Below are positions 50,288 to 59,855 of a stretch of 64,000 bases of DNA, in pieces. Source of the stretch: an uncultured Bacteroidota bacterium. Lineage in GTDB: Bacteria; Bacteroidota; Bacteroidia; B-17B0; Aurantibacillaceae. The DNA lies in contig CAITNS010000053.1 of assembly GCA_903893815.1 (NCBI GenBank), forward strand, positions 129,826 to 193,825. Direction: 5' to 3'. The position numbers were made by a program, and so were the translations under genes. The notes beneath the pieces are model-generated. The model ran no database searches. It was not told the origin of the DNA and saw only the letters and a program-made list of their open reading frames with translations. Every line of letters starts with the position of its first letter. Position 1 is the stretch's first letter.

Positions 50288-50298
50288 ATTTTAATTTT
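50288..50298. repeat. 11-bp direct repeat ATTTTAATTTT, left-hand copy at TA cassette junction
   Basis: See 49811-49821. It contains the stop codon of the 4Fe-4S membrane protein gene. Confidence 0.4.
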
Positions 50299-51616
50299 CG
50301 TTAATCCAATTTGCTCTGTCTGCTGGACTAAATTGCCAAGGGGCTCCATTGTTTTCTAAATTAGAAAACATACCATTTAATTCGTTTGGTGCAGAACTTT
50401 GCTCTAACACTAATTGCTGACGTAAGCCAACAATAATTGCTAATGGATCAATATTTACTGGACACTCTTGCACGCAAGCATTGCAAGTATTACAAGCCCA
50501 AATTTCTTCGTGTTTAATATAATCTCCTAATAAAGTTTTTCCATCATCTACAAAGGTACCACCATTTTTGTCTATGTTCTTGCCAACCTCTTCTAATCTA
50601 TCTCTGGTATCCATCATAATTTTACGAGGAGACAAAGCTTTACCTGTGATGTTTTGTGGACATGCAGAAGTACAACGACCACACTCTGTGCACGAATACG
50701 CATCTAATAAATTTTTCCAGGTTAAATCTGTAACATCTTTAACTCCAAATTTGATAACAGCATTTGGATCAAGCACAGGTTGATACGCTGGATCGAAATT
50801 AGGTTTCACCACATCTGTTACTTCAAACAAATTAGTAAATTGTCCTTTAGCTTTTAGGTTTGAGAAATACACGTTAGGGAAAGCTAATAACACGTGCAAA
50901 TGTTTTGATTTTGGTAAATAATTTAAAAAGGCAAATACCATCATGATATGTCCCCACCAACCAATACGCTCAATCACATGTAAACCCGCATTTGGCATAC
51001 CGCCATAAATTAACGGACCTAAGTGACTGCTAATCGTTAAACCTAATGAACCATCTCCTAAATTTTCAGCGTGTGATTGTCCTCTTGAGTATAAAACTTC
51101 ATCAGCCCCATTCATCATGAAGATGAAAGTGATTAAAATAACTTCCATAATTAAAATAATATTGGCGTCTAGTTTTGGCCAGCCGTTTAATTCGCTTTTT
51201 ACTAAGCGAGGAACTTTTAATAAATTTCTTCTTGCTAAAAAAGCAATGGTTCCAATGAAAGCTAATACTGATAAAATCTCAATAAAGCTTACGATAAATG
51301 TATAAAAGCCTCCTAACGAAGCTCTGAAAGCACGGTGATGTCCAGTAATTCCATCAAATACAATTTCTAATAATTCGATTTGTGTAATGACGAATGCGGC
51401 ATATAAAAACAAATGCAAAATTGCTGGAATAGGACGTGTAAACATTTTCTTTTGACCTAAGGCCACCAATACCATTGTTTTAAAGCGTTCTCCTCGGTTG
51501 TCGGTTATAGAAATATCTTTTCCTAATAATATATTACGACGGACTTTTTTTGCATTAATGTAAAAAAACGTACTAGAAACAATTAGCAGGGCAATAAAAA
51601 TGATTGATGAAATCAT
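50291..51616 (-). CDS. membrane-bound 4Fe-4S dicluster protein (partner of the CCG-domain protein)
   Basis: N-terminal hydrophobic helices (about five by eye), then CTECGRCTSACP and CNTCNACVQECP ferredoxin-type motifs. Confidence 0.8.
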   Translation of the reverse strand: MISSIIFIALLIVSSTFFYINAKKVRRNILLGKDISITDNRGERFKTMVLVALGQKKMFTRPIPAILHLFLYAAFVITQIELLEIVFDGITGHHRAFRASLGGFYTFIVSFIEILSVLAFIGTIAFLARRNLLKVPRLVKSELNGWPKLDANIILIMEVILITFIFMMNGADEVLYSRGQSHAENLGDGSLGLTISSHLGPLIYGGMPNAGLHVIERIGWWGHIMMVFAFLNYLPKSKHLHVLLAFPNVYFSNLKAKGQFTNLFEVTDVVKPNFDPAYQPVLDPNAVIKFGVKDVTDLTWKNLLDAYSCTECGRCTSACPQNITGKALSPRKIMMDTRDRLEEVGKNIDKNGGTFVDDGKTLLGDYIKHEEIWACNTCNACVQECPVNIDPLAIIVGLRQQLVLEQSSAPNELNGMFSNLENNGAPWQFSPADRANWINEN

Positions 51617-51625
51617 GGAGCAAAA

Positions 51626-52609
51626 TTAAAGTTTAGGTTTGTTTTTATCTTTTCTACCAAATACAGAGAAATGGATATAGCGTTCTGGATTGATACGTAA
51701 ATCTTTCATTAACTTATCTAAATCATCACTCGCTTTATTTAAGTTATTGTACAAAGAATCGTTTTTAGCCAATTTACCAAGTGTACCTTGACCTGAATTA
51801 ATTTGAGCAACTAATTTATTTAACTCTGCCAATGTTTTATCAGCTTCGTCAATTGCTCCCTTTAAATTAGATTTAGCTAAACTATCCGATAGATTACTAA
51901 AATTACCGATGATGTTATCTATCTTACCAGAATTTTGTTCGAGCATTCCGGCCAATGTATTTAACTTAGTCAAAATAGATGAAATCTTTGATTTTTCAGA
52001 AGCCACTAAATCATCTAATTTATAAGCAGTTTGTTCTAAACTTTGAATGGCTAACTTTATACTCTCAAATGACTTACTTAAATTTTCACGAGTTTTATCA
52101 TTCAATACAACTTCAACAATAGTCATCACTGAATCCACGGAAGATAATAAACCTTCCATCTTTTTTTGCAATGGAGCTAATTGTTTACTAACCGCTGTTT
52201 TTAAACCTTCTTCTGTTTCTGCAACCAGTGTATCTCCGGATTGAACAAACTCGGTTTCATTACTATAAATAATTTCCACAGCTTTTGAACCCAATAAGTC
52301 TGAACTTACCGCTTTGGCAATAGAATGCTTCGGAATATTAACATCTTCCGTCAATAAAAACTTAACTAATACAGAGTACTCGCCGTTTTTATCTTTTATT
52401 AAAGAAATTTTATTGATTTGCCCAACTTTAAAACCATTTACTAAAAGAGGATTTGCCTCAATAAGTCCATCAATCTTAGGATAAACAGCATACAATTCGT
52501 ACTTATGGCTAAATAGATTACTTCCTTTAAGGAAATTAAATCCCCAAATAAAAAAGCCAATAGCAGACGTAACAACAATACCTATTTTAAACTCTTTAGA
52601 AATTTTCAC
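51626..52609 (-). CDS. mlaD: MlaD/MCE family protein
   Basis: N-terminal anchor plus MCE domain (DGLIEANPLLVNGFKVGQINKISL) and a long coiled-coil-like C-terminus. Confidence 0.8.
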   Translation of the reverse strand: MKISKEFKIGIVVTSAIGFFIWGFNFLKGSNLFSHKYELYAVYPKIDGLIEANPLLVNGFKVGQINKISLIKDKNGEYSVLVKFLLTEDVNIPKHSIAKAVSSDLLGSKAVEIIYSNETEFVQSGDTLVAETEEGLKTAVSKQLAPLQKKMEGLLSSVDSVMTIVEVVLNDKTRENLSKSFESIKLAIQSLEQTAYKLDDLVASEKSKISSILTKLNTLAGMLEQNSGKIDNIIGNFSNLSDSLAKSNLKGAIDEADKTLAELNKLVAQINSGQGTLGKLAKNDSLYNNLNKASDDLDKLMKDLRINPERYIHFSVFGRKDKNKPKL

Positions 52610-52681
52610 AACATTTTTTTTGAAGCCCTAATATACAGATTAAATATGAAATAAAAGCTACTGAAAATAGACTTTAGATGC

Positions 52682-53665
52682 TTATTTCTTAACAGGTATT
52701 ACCGATTTGATAATGCCTTGAAATGAGGTGATATTGAGTGGAAATTCTAAAAAAACATGCAAAAAACTTAAAAAATAGAGCGCTTTTAAGCCAATATTAT
52801 AATCAATCACATATAAAACCACCGAAAACACCCATAATACAAGCGTAATATATAACGTCTTTTTTGGCACTTTATGCCACTGAATAACGGATGTTTTAGA
52901 AAACCAATTTAAATAATGATACGTATAGGCGAATGCGATAAAACGCATGACAATAAATCCAGCATTAGTTGCATAAACCAAAGCTCTTTCACTTGTTAAG
53001 GTCGTTTCCAAACCAAAAAATTCGATTAAAAATTTATTTAATAAATAAAACAATTCATAGCTTTTTCCGACATAAGCAGAAACTTCATATTGAAGTCCTG
53101 GTGCTTTAATTACAAAAAATGAAACGCCAATTAAGATTAATGCAATGATTGATAAATAACCTGAAAATGATTTATTTTTTAAAACACCATAAAACATAAA
53201 GGCCCAAGTGAAAATAAATACATGAATAATAGTTGGTAAAAATATACCCACCCAAATGACGTAATCAAATCCCATTTTAGATACTGATATCCCGATAACC
53301 GCTAATACAGCCAAAACAATGCGGTATAAGTTATCCTTTATAAAAACAAAAATAAGAGCTAATAAAATCCCATACAATATAAGGTTAGGGATAATCGTTT
53401 GATTTTTTGTGGGATTAACGTACGAAAAATAAAAAACCAACACACATAACACACTTAAAAACACGAAATCATATTTACCTTTAGTAAAATAATTTTTTTT
53501 ATGTAGCCAGCCAATCTCTGTTAAATAATGTAAGGGACCCAATACAGCATAAGAAAACAAAAACAATTCGAAAGGAAGAATAAATGCCAATACAGCTGAC
53601 AAAAGCATTAAGCCAATGTTTACGTAATTTATTTGATCGTTATTGAGGGCAGATAGTTTAAACAA
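52682..53665 (-). CDS. hypothetical polytopic membrane protein
   Basis: About 8-9 hydrophobic helices across 327 aa. No family recognised. Confidence 0.55.
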   Translation of the reverse strand: MFKLSALNNDQINYVNIGLMLLSAVLAFILPFELFLFSYAVLGPLHYLTEIGWLHKKNYFTKGKYDFVFLSVLCVLVFYFSYVNPTKNQTIIPNLILYGILLALIFVFIKDNLYRIVLAVLAVIGISVSKMGFDYVIWVGIFLPTIIHVFIFTWAFMFYGVLKNKSFSGYLSIIALILIGVSFFVIKAPGLQYEVSAYVGKSYELFYLLNKFLIEFFGLETTLTSERALVYATNAGFIVMRFIAFAYTYHYLNWFSKTSVIQWHKVPKKTLYITLVLWVFSVVLYVIDYNIGLKALYFLSFLHVFLEFPLNITSFQGIIKSVIPVKK

Positions 53666-53736
53666 AGTGTTCTTTATTAAGTATAATCAAATATCTAAAA
53701 ATAAATTGGATTGTAAAATTTGTAGTTTCTAATAAG

Positions 53737-53907
53737 CTATTTCTTATCGTTTTCAAACTTACCTGTTTTTTTATTATATCCGTAAGGACAATGCTTACAG
53801 CCATTTTTACAGCAATAACCACGCTTTAAATGGTATTTCTCAGTAAAAATTATATAACCTTCTGGGCTATAATAAAAATCTTCGGGATCTAATTGCTTAC
53901 TAAACAT
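53737..53907 (-). CDS. small cysteine-rich protein (DUF5522-like), not in the ORF track
   Basis: Minus strand, ATG at 53907 to TAG at 53737. It encodes MFSKQLDPEDFYYSPEGYIIFTEKYHLKRGYCCKNGCKHCPYGYNKKTGKFENDKK (56 aa). The GYCCxNGCxHCPYG motif matches a conserved small-protein family as I recall it. Confidence 0.55.
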   Translation of the reverse strand: MFSKQLDPEDFYYSPEGYIIFTEKYHLKRGYCCKNGCKHCPYGYNKKTGKFENDKK

Positions 53908-53931
53908 TAAATTAATGATTAATTTTGCTGA

Positions 53932-55092
53932 ATGAATTCTGCTAGCAAATATAGTATTTTAATTGTTTTTATCCTTTTAGCATTATCGTTGAATGCGCAA
54001 CAAGATTCTACAAATAAAAAGCTGATTAATATTCAACTGAAAAATGATTCGAATGTTTTGTTTCAAAACAAAAAACTAAATGTTGACGAAAAAACGAATG
54101 AACCTAAATTAGAAATTGGCGCATATCTTAGCACCTATTATGCGTTTTATTCTGAAGACAATTCTAACCCTTACGTAAAGCACGCCACGATGGCTGCTCG
54201 CAATAACCAATTTGGGTTAAATATGGCCATGGTTTCGTTAGCTTATAAATCAAAAAAAATAAGAAGTAACATTAGCTTACATTATGGCGATATAGCTGAA
54301 AGCACTTGGCCAACAAAGTTTAATTTAATACAAGAGGCAAATGTAGGTTATGAGTTTATAAAAAATTTATGGTTTGATGTAGGTGTTTTTAGATCACATA
54401 TTGGGCTTGAAAGCACACAACCTAGAGAAAACATTACCTCAAGCATGACACTAGCAAATGTATATGAACCTTATTATTTTTCCGGTGCCAAACTAACTTA
54501 TTTACTTAATCCTAAATTAAGCATTCAAGTCAATGCTTTTAATAGTTTTAGCTCTATCATCGAAACTAACAAAAATAAATTGCTAGGGAGTTCCATCATA
54601 TTTGCACCAAACGACTATTTAACTATGACCTATAATTTTATTACCGGCGATGACACTCCAGATTCAGTAGAATTAAAGCATCAACGCTACTATCATAACT
54701 TTTATTTAACCTATCAAAAGAAAAAAATAAGTATTGGTGCTGAATTTAATTATGGAATACAAGAATACAGCAAGCGTATTAACGAATATATAATAGGCAC
54801 TGCCTATATGAATAGTTCTCTATTATTATTGAAACATCAAAGTTTTAAAAAAGTAGCCTTTTATGGTCGTGGGGAATGGTTTAGTGATGAGGATGAAATT
54901 TTAAGCGCTGGAACTAACATGGGCAAGTATACATATGGCGCAACGGTTGGCGTTGAGTATAAACCCTTAAAAAACTTAGTATTTAGTATCGAAGGGCGAC
55001 AATTATCTTCTGAAAAGGAAAATTTTTATTATAACGGCGATTATCATAAAGAACGTAACGAATTTATATTTTGTGTGGATGTTTGGTTTTAA
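53932..55092 (+). CDS. outer membrane beta-barrel (porin-like) protein
   Basis: Signal peptide ending LSLNAQ, amphipathic beta-strand periodicity and a C-terminal aromatic residue (VDVWF). Confidence 0.55.
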   Translation: MNSASKYSILIVFILLALSLNAQQDSTNKKLINIQLKNDSNVLFQNKKLNVDEKTNEPKLEIGAYLSTYYAFYSEDNSNPYVKHATMAARNNQFGLNMAMVSLAYKSKKIRSNISLHYGDIAESTWPTKFNLIQEANVGYEFIKNLWFDVGVFRSHIGLESTQPRENITSSMTLANVYEPYYFSGAKLTYLLNPKLSIQVNAFNSFSSIIETNKNKLLGSSIIFAPNDYLTMTYNFITGDDTPDSVELKHQRYYHNFYLTYQKKKISIGAEFNYGIQEYSKRINEYIIGTAYMNSSLLLLKHQSFKKVAFYGRGEWFSDEDEILSAGTNMGKYTYGATVGVEYKPLKNLVFSIEGRQLSSEKENFYYNGDYHKERNEFIFCVDVWF

Positions 55093-55101
55093 TAATCTAA
55101 G

Positions 55102-55980
55102 ATGATAAACTATAAACCTATCATAAACACAATTAACTATAACGGTTATCAAATTGGTGTTTTACGTTTGGATTTAATTCATCCCGAAATTTCTGGTAAT
55201 AAATGGTTTAAATTAAAATACAATTTAGCGCAAGCAAAAAAGGTAAATAAAAGCACCATCATTACCTTTGGTGGTGCATTTTCGAACCATATAGCAGCTA
55301 CAGCTGTTGCTTGCAAATTAGAAGGTTTAAAAAGCATAGGTATTATTAGAGGTGAAGAAAGTTCTGCTGCTAACCCTACTCTATCGTTAGCAAAACAAAA
55401 TGGTATGGAATTATTATTTGTGAGCAGAGATGAATATTCGCAAAAAAATGACGGCGGATATATGCAGCGTTTACGTTACATGTATCCTGAAGCCTATATT
55501 ATTCCTGAAGGTGGCGACAATTTATTAGGAGAAAAAGGTTGTGAAGAAATTTTGACTCAAGAAACAAATCTTTACACTTATATTTTTTGTGCCCATGGTA
55601 CAGGAACTACTTACCGAGGCATTTCAAAATCATTACAAGCACATCAAGAATTGAACGTTGTGAATGTTCTAAACTTTGAAGCCATTGCCAATGAGCCACA
55701 AACAAGTATTTTAAATAATTATCATTTTGGAGGCTACGCAAAGCATAAGCCAGAGTTATTAGAATTTAAAACTTGGTTTGAAGAAAACTTCCACATTGAA
55801 TTAGATTATGTGTACACCGCTAAATTATTTTTTGCTGCATTTGATTTAATGAAACAAGAAAAATCAGATAAACAAAAATCTATTTTACTAATTCATTGTG
55901 GTGGTTTGCAAGGAAATAAAAGTTACGAAGAACGTTATAACCTAAAGCCTAAACGCCAAGTAAACGACGCCCAAGGATAA
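55102..55980 (+). CDS. 1-aminocyclopropane-1-carboxylate deaminase / D-cysteine desulfhydrase family PLP enzyme
   Basis: ISGNKWFKLKYNL (PLP-lysine region), FGGAFSNHIAA and IPEGG motifs. Confidence 0.75.
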   Translation: MINYKPIINTINYNGYQIGVLRLDLIHPEISGNKWFKLKYNLAQAKKVNKSTIITFGGAFSNHIAATAVACKLEGLKSIGIIRGEESSAANPTLSLAKQNGMELLFVSRDEYSQKNDGGYMQRLRYMYPEAYIIPEGGDNLLGEKGCEEILTQETNLYTYIFCAHGTGTTYRGISKSLQAHQELNVVNVLNFEAIANEPQTSILNNYHFGGYAKHKPELLEFKTWFEENFHIELDYVYTAKLFFAAFDLMKQEKSDKQKSILLIHCGGLQGNKSYEERYNLKPKRQVNDAQG

Positions 55981-56864
55981 ACTTGTTTGGTATCAAGCCC
56001 GCCTCTTCCAGCATATTTTTCGGAAAGTTTAAAAAAGCCAACGCCAACAACTACAGTGCTAGTCATTCTTTTTCCACTGCTTTTAAAAATACCATTTTGC
56101 AATTGAAACGTTAATCCTTCAATACCACCTAATGTCATGTCTGTTCCATAACGCACTCGGGGGCCAAAAAAATATTTTAATTGTGGTTTTAAATCGTGGT
56201 AATAATTTATATCTATTCCTGAGATAATTCCAGTTCCAATATTTCGTTTTACAGGAGCATTGTTTGAATTAGTGTTGTTGTTGTTTGAAGTATTTGTATT
56301 CGTTGAACTTGAGTTATTGCTCGTAGAACTTGAATTTGAACTATTTGAAGAAAATTCTGCTAAAGCACCTAAGCCATCATAAGTTAAACTCAATGGTATT
56401 TTTATACCAACTGATTTATTTGCTAATAACCTTTCATAAGAAACAGTAAATCTTCCAAAAACAAAATCAGGAATATAAAAACCTAGAATACCATTTGGCA
56501 ACAATGCTTCTTTTTCTTTCCATTCTTTCATCAATCTCGCCTTTCGTTGTTCTCTGGTTTCATTCATTTCGGGCATAGATGAAAACATAGTTGTATTATT
56601 TTGTACAACAAAAGCAGGTTGTTCTTTGCTAAACAAATAAACCGTTTCTGTTTTGCCGTATTCAGTCATTAAAATATCATTTTTAGGTAAAGTAATTAAG
56701 GCTGAATTTGGAATGGTATCTTGATAACTAATGGTGTTTTCAGAGATAGCCATAATCTTACAAGGAATTATTTTTCCATTACGCAAAAACACTTTGTCTT
56801 GCGCAACAGCTGTTACAGAGACAAAAAGTAACATCCAAAATATAATATGTGAGTAATACTTCAT
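55935..56864 (-). CDS. hypothetical outer-membrane protein with Ser/Asn/Thr-rich insert
   Basis: The likely start is 56864 (MKYYSHIIFWMLLFVSVTAVAQ). The low-complexity run SSNSSNSSSTSNNSSSTNTNTSNNNNTNSNN is encoded around 56270-56350. The C-terminus is beta-barrel-like. Its 3' end overlaps the convergent gene by 46 nt. Confidence 0.5.
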   Translation of the reverse strand: MKYYSHIIFWMLLFVSVTAVAQDKVFLRNGKIIPCKIMAISENTISYQDTIPNSALITLPKNDILMTEYGKTETVYLFSKEQPAFVVQNNTTMFSSMPEMNETREQRKARLMKEWKEKEALLPNGILGFYIPDFVFGRFTVSYERLLANKSVGIKIPLSLTYDGLGALAEFSSNSSNSSSTSNNSSSTNTNTSNNNNTNSNNAPVKRNIGTGIISGIDINYYHDLKPQLKYFFGPRVRYGTDMTLGGIEGLTFQLQNGIFKSSGKRMTSTVVVGVGFFKLSEKYAGRGGLDTKQVYPWASFTWRLGFRL

Positions 56865-56866
56865 GT

Positions 56867-57778
56867 TTAAAAACGGTATCCGAGACAATAACCTAAATAA
56901 ATTTTCGGGTAATTACCATAATTTCGTGTTCCCCTAGAGTTAGTTACTTCTAATGGTGTTGAATTAATTTGACCTCCCACAGATCCAAATATTTTAAAAT
57001 TAAAATTTGGAGTAACTCTAAATACCCAACCATTAGTAACCAAAATACCCAGTTGATAGCCGCTTTCTTTTTGATAACTTTTTTGATTATTGGTATTATC
57101 TACAACATTCAAATAATCATAAGCCATGTACTTTGCTAAAACTCCCACAAAATATTGAACTCTTTTAGTATTACGAGGCATATAATTAATTCCAAATCCT
57201 GCATCGTATTTTTTCTTGGCTCCATCTTTCGCGTCTGCAATAAATAAATTTAAACCACCCATACGTCTATTAAAACTATAACCACCTAAAAATGATAAAG
57301 ACATTTTCCCCTGAAACAAATCTCTGTCATACATCACGGTTACATCACCATTAGCTAAAGCCAAGGCATTGATGGATATCATATTGCTATTTAAATAATA
57401 TAAATTATAATCTTTTTTCTCTCCTTTTTTTCCTTTAGCATAAGGATCATTTTTATCAAAAGGTTTTGATGCAGGTTTTTCAATTGGCTTTTCTATGGGG
57501 GCTACGGTTGCTGTAAGTTTTGGAGCTAAAGTATTAGGATTATCATTAATCACCTCGGTGGTTCCGTTTGAGTATTGAATTAACACCACATCCGCTTTGG
57601 CTATCACGTATGTTGGCCCTTCTAAATTATTGAAATCTTTGTATTTAATATCTTTTGTATTAATTTCAGTAACCTTTCCTTTCAGTTTGCTTCCAGCTGT
57701 TGTATATAATACATCCTGACAGTATGCTAAATTAGCAAACAAAAAAAAGGTGATTATTACTGAAAGTTTAAGACGCAT
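56867..57778 (-). CDS. hypothetical outer-membrane protein, distant paralog of 55935..56864
   Basis: Signal peptide MRLKLSVIITFFLFANLAYCQ. It has the same N-terminal small-domain pattern (LKGKVTEINTKDIKYKD vs IPCKIMAISENTISYQD) followed by beta-barrel-like strands. Confidence 0.5.
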   Translation of the reverse strand: MRLKLSVIITFFLFANLAYCQDVLYTTAGSKLKGKVTEINTKDIKYKDFNNLEGPTYVIAKADVVLIQYSNGTTEVINDNPNTLAPKLTATVAPIEKPIEKPASKPFDKNDPYAKGKKGEKKDYNLYYLNSNMISINALALANGDVTVMYDRDLFQGKMSLSFLGGYSFNRRMGGLNLFIADAKDGAKKKYDAGFGINYMPRNTKRVQYFVGVLAKYMAYDYLNVVDNTNNQKSYQKESGYQLGILVTNGWVFRVTPNFNFKIFGSVGGQINSTPLEVTNSRGTRNYGNYPKIYLGYCLGYRF

Positions 57779-57911
57779 TTAAAATAAATTAAGCAATGCT
57801 AAAAATAGTGAATAAATACTGATATAAAAATAGATTTATTAGTATTCTACGCACATTAAAATATGGGATAATTAAGGCAATTTCATTAATTTAGTGGACT
57901 TAATTTGAGCC

Positions 57912-59357
57912 ATGTTTAAACTTAAAAATTATATTAATGGTGAGTTAGTTGATCCTACCTCAAACCAACATATCGAAAACTACGATCCGTCGCGCGGAAT
58001 TGTTTATTCCTTAATTCCTGATAGCGATGAGCGTGACGCTGAAAATGCTATTGCAGCAGCCAAAGAAGCCTTTAAAACCTGGAGCATCACGCCTAAGGAA
58101 ACTCGTTCTAAATATCTATTAAAAATCGCTTCTTTAATTGAAGATCAGTTACATGATTTAGCTTTAGCTGAAAGTATAGATAATGGCAAACCTTTACACT
58201 TAGCTAAAACAGTTGATATACCAAGAGCAGCTGCTAACTTTCATTTCTATGGAACGGGCATTTTGCACTATGCTGCTCATGCGCATAGCATGGAAGATAC
58301 AGCTATTAATTATACCTTGCGTCAACCTGTTGGTGTAGCAGGCTGTATTTCTCCTTGGAATTTACCCTTGTATTTATTCTCTTGGAAAATTGCTCCAGCT
58401 TTAGCTGCTGGTTGCACAGTAGTTGCCAAGCCATCTGAAATTACACCAATGACGGCTTACCTACTTTCTGAAATATGCATCAAAGCAGGTTTACCAAAAG
58501 GCGTTTTAAATATTGTGCATGGTTACGGACATAAAGTTGGCAACGCTATTGTAAGTAGTACTGATGTGCCTTTAATTTCGTTTACTGGTGGTACAAAAAC
58601 TGGTGCTAATATTGCAAGTATTGCTGCGCCCATGTTTAAAAAACTATCATTGGAATTAGGTGGTAAAAATCCAAATATCATTTTTGCGGATTGCGATTAC
58701 GATAAAATGTTGTCTACTACCATGCTATCGTCGTTTGCCAATCAAGGACAAATTTGTTTATGTGGCTCAAGAATATTTGTGGAGCGTTCTATCTACGAAA
58801 AATTTAAAATAGATTTTGTAGCTAAAACACAAAAACTAGTAGTGGGCGCGCCGTTAGATGAAAAAACAAAAATTGGTGCGGTTGTTTCTAAACCACACAT
58901 GGAAAAGATTTTATCTTATGTTGAGCTAGCAAAGCAAGAAGGCGGTAAAGTATTATGTGGTGGTAAACAAGCAATGGTTGGTGGTGAATTTGAAAATGGT
59001 TATTATTTAGAACCAACCATCATCGAAAACTTAGAGTATGATTGCCGGACTAACCAAGAAGAAATTTTTGGACCTGTTGTTACCATTATGCCTTTTGATA
59101 CAGAAGAAGAAGTTCTGAAATTTGCTAACTCAACTCAATATGGTTTAGCATCGGTATTATGGACACAAGACATTACACGTGCCAACCGCATGGCAATGGA
59201 TTTACATACAGGGATTGTTTGGATTAACTGCTGGTTATTGCGCGATTTACGTACCCCATTTGGTGGAGTTAAATCGTCAGGAGTTGGAAGAGAAGGTGGT
59301 TTTGAAGCATTAGACTTTTTTACAGAACCTAAGAATGTTTGCGTTAAACTTAAATAA
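57912..59357 (+). CDS. aldehyde dehydrogenase, ALDH8 / 2-hydroxy(amino)muconic semialdehyde dehydrogenase-like
   Basis: Catalytic ELGGKNP and NQGQICLCGSR. The N-terminal region with DIPRAAANFHFY resembles the ALDH8A1/XylG group. Confidence 0.85.
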   Translation: MFKLKNYINGELVDPTSNQHIENYDPSRGIVYSLIPDSDERDAENAIAAAKEAFKTWSITPKETRSKYLLKIASLIEDQLHDLALAESIDNGKPLHLAKTVDIPRAAANFHFYGTGILHYAAHAHSMEDTAINYTLRQPVGVAGCISPWNLPLYLFSWKIAPALAAGCTVVAKPSEITPMTAYLLSEICIKAGLPKGVLNIVHGYGHKVGNAIVSSTDVPLISFTGGTKTGANIASIAAPMFKKLSLELGGKNPNIIFADCDYDKMLSTTMLSSFANQGQICLCGSRIFVERSIYEKFKIDFVAKTQKLVVGAPLDEKTKIGAVVSKPHMEKILSYVELAKQEGGKVLCGGKQAMVGGEFENGYYLEPTIIENLEYDCRTNQEEIFGPVVTIMPFDTEEEVLKFANSTQYGLASVLWTQDITRANRMAMDLHTGIVWINCWLLRDLRTPFGGVKSSGVGREGGFEALDFFTEPKNVCVKLK

Positions 59358-59392
59358 AAGAATAGAATACGAATTTATAATTACAAATCGTA

Positions 59393-59412
59393 TACGAATA
59401 TACGAATCTGTG
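59393..59412. repeat. left arm of perfect 20-bp inverted repeat flanking the GxxExxY gene
   Basis: TACGAATATACGAATCTGTG is the exact reverse complement of 59836-59855. Further TACGAAT units lie upstream (59368 region), mirrored by ATTCGTA units downstream. Confidence 0.85.
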
Positions 59413-59420
59413 TATGAGAG

Positions 59421-59822
59421 ATGAATAAAATGATTCAAAAACAAGATTTAATATATCCTGAATTGAGCTATAAATTAGTTGGTTTAGCTTATAATGTCTT
59501 TAATGAATTGGGTCACGGACATTTAGAGAAAATATACCAAAAAGCATACGCAAAAGAATTAAAAGAGGCTGGAATTGTATTTAAAGAGCAAGCACCATAT
59601 CAAGTAATTTACAAAGAGGAAGTTATTGGAAATAATTATTTAGATTTTTTAATTGAAGAAAAAGTAATTATTGAATTAAAAAGAAGTGATTTTTATTCGA
59701 AAAAATATATTGATCAAGTATCTAACTATATTAAAGTTTCGAATTTAAAATTAGCTATATTAATAAACTTCACGAGTAACGGCGTAAGAATTAAACGCAT
59801 TGTAAATGAAACAAACAAATAA
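59421..59822 (+). CDS. GxxExxY protein (PD-(D/E)XK nuclease superfamily)
   Basis: Signature GHLEKIY (GxxExxY) near the N-terminus, DFLIEEKVIIELK core and a 133-aa size typical of the family. Confidence 0.85.
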   Translation: MNKMIQKQDLIYPELSYKLVGLAYNVFNELGHGHLEKIYQKAYAKELKEAGIVFKEQAPYQVIYKEEVIGNNYLDFLIEEKVIIELKRSDFYSKKYIDQVSNYIKVSNLKLAILINFTSNGVRIKRIVNETNK

Positions 59823-59835
59823 ACACAGTGACCAA

Positions 59836-59855
59836 CACAGATTCGTATATTCGTA
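59836..59855. repeat. right arm of perfect 20-bp inverted repeat flanking the GxxExxY gene
   Basis: CACAGATTCGTATATTCGTA starts 13 nt after the stop codon. The left arm ends 8 nt before the start codon. Confidence 0.85.

Noticed and set aside
42428-52609. MlaF/MlaE (42.4-43.9 kb) separated by about 8 kb from MlaD (51.6-52.6 kb), considered as a disrupted Mla operon.
   Set aside because: I believe split mla genes are common in Bacteroidota, and the MlaD-like gene may belong to a different MCE system. Without comparative data this is not evidence of rearrangement.
59358-59420. Possible TPP riboswitch upstream of thiL or in the ALDH-thiL spacer.
   Set aside because: The spacer is AT-rich TACGAAT repeats and lacks the conserved CUGAGA / ACCUGA-type TPP aptamer elements. 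It is better explained as an arm of the inverted repeat around the GxxExxY gene.
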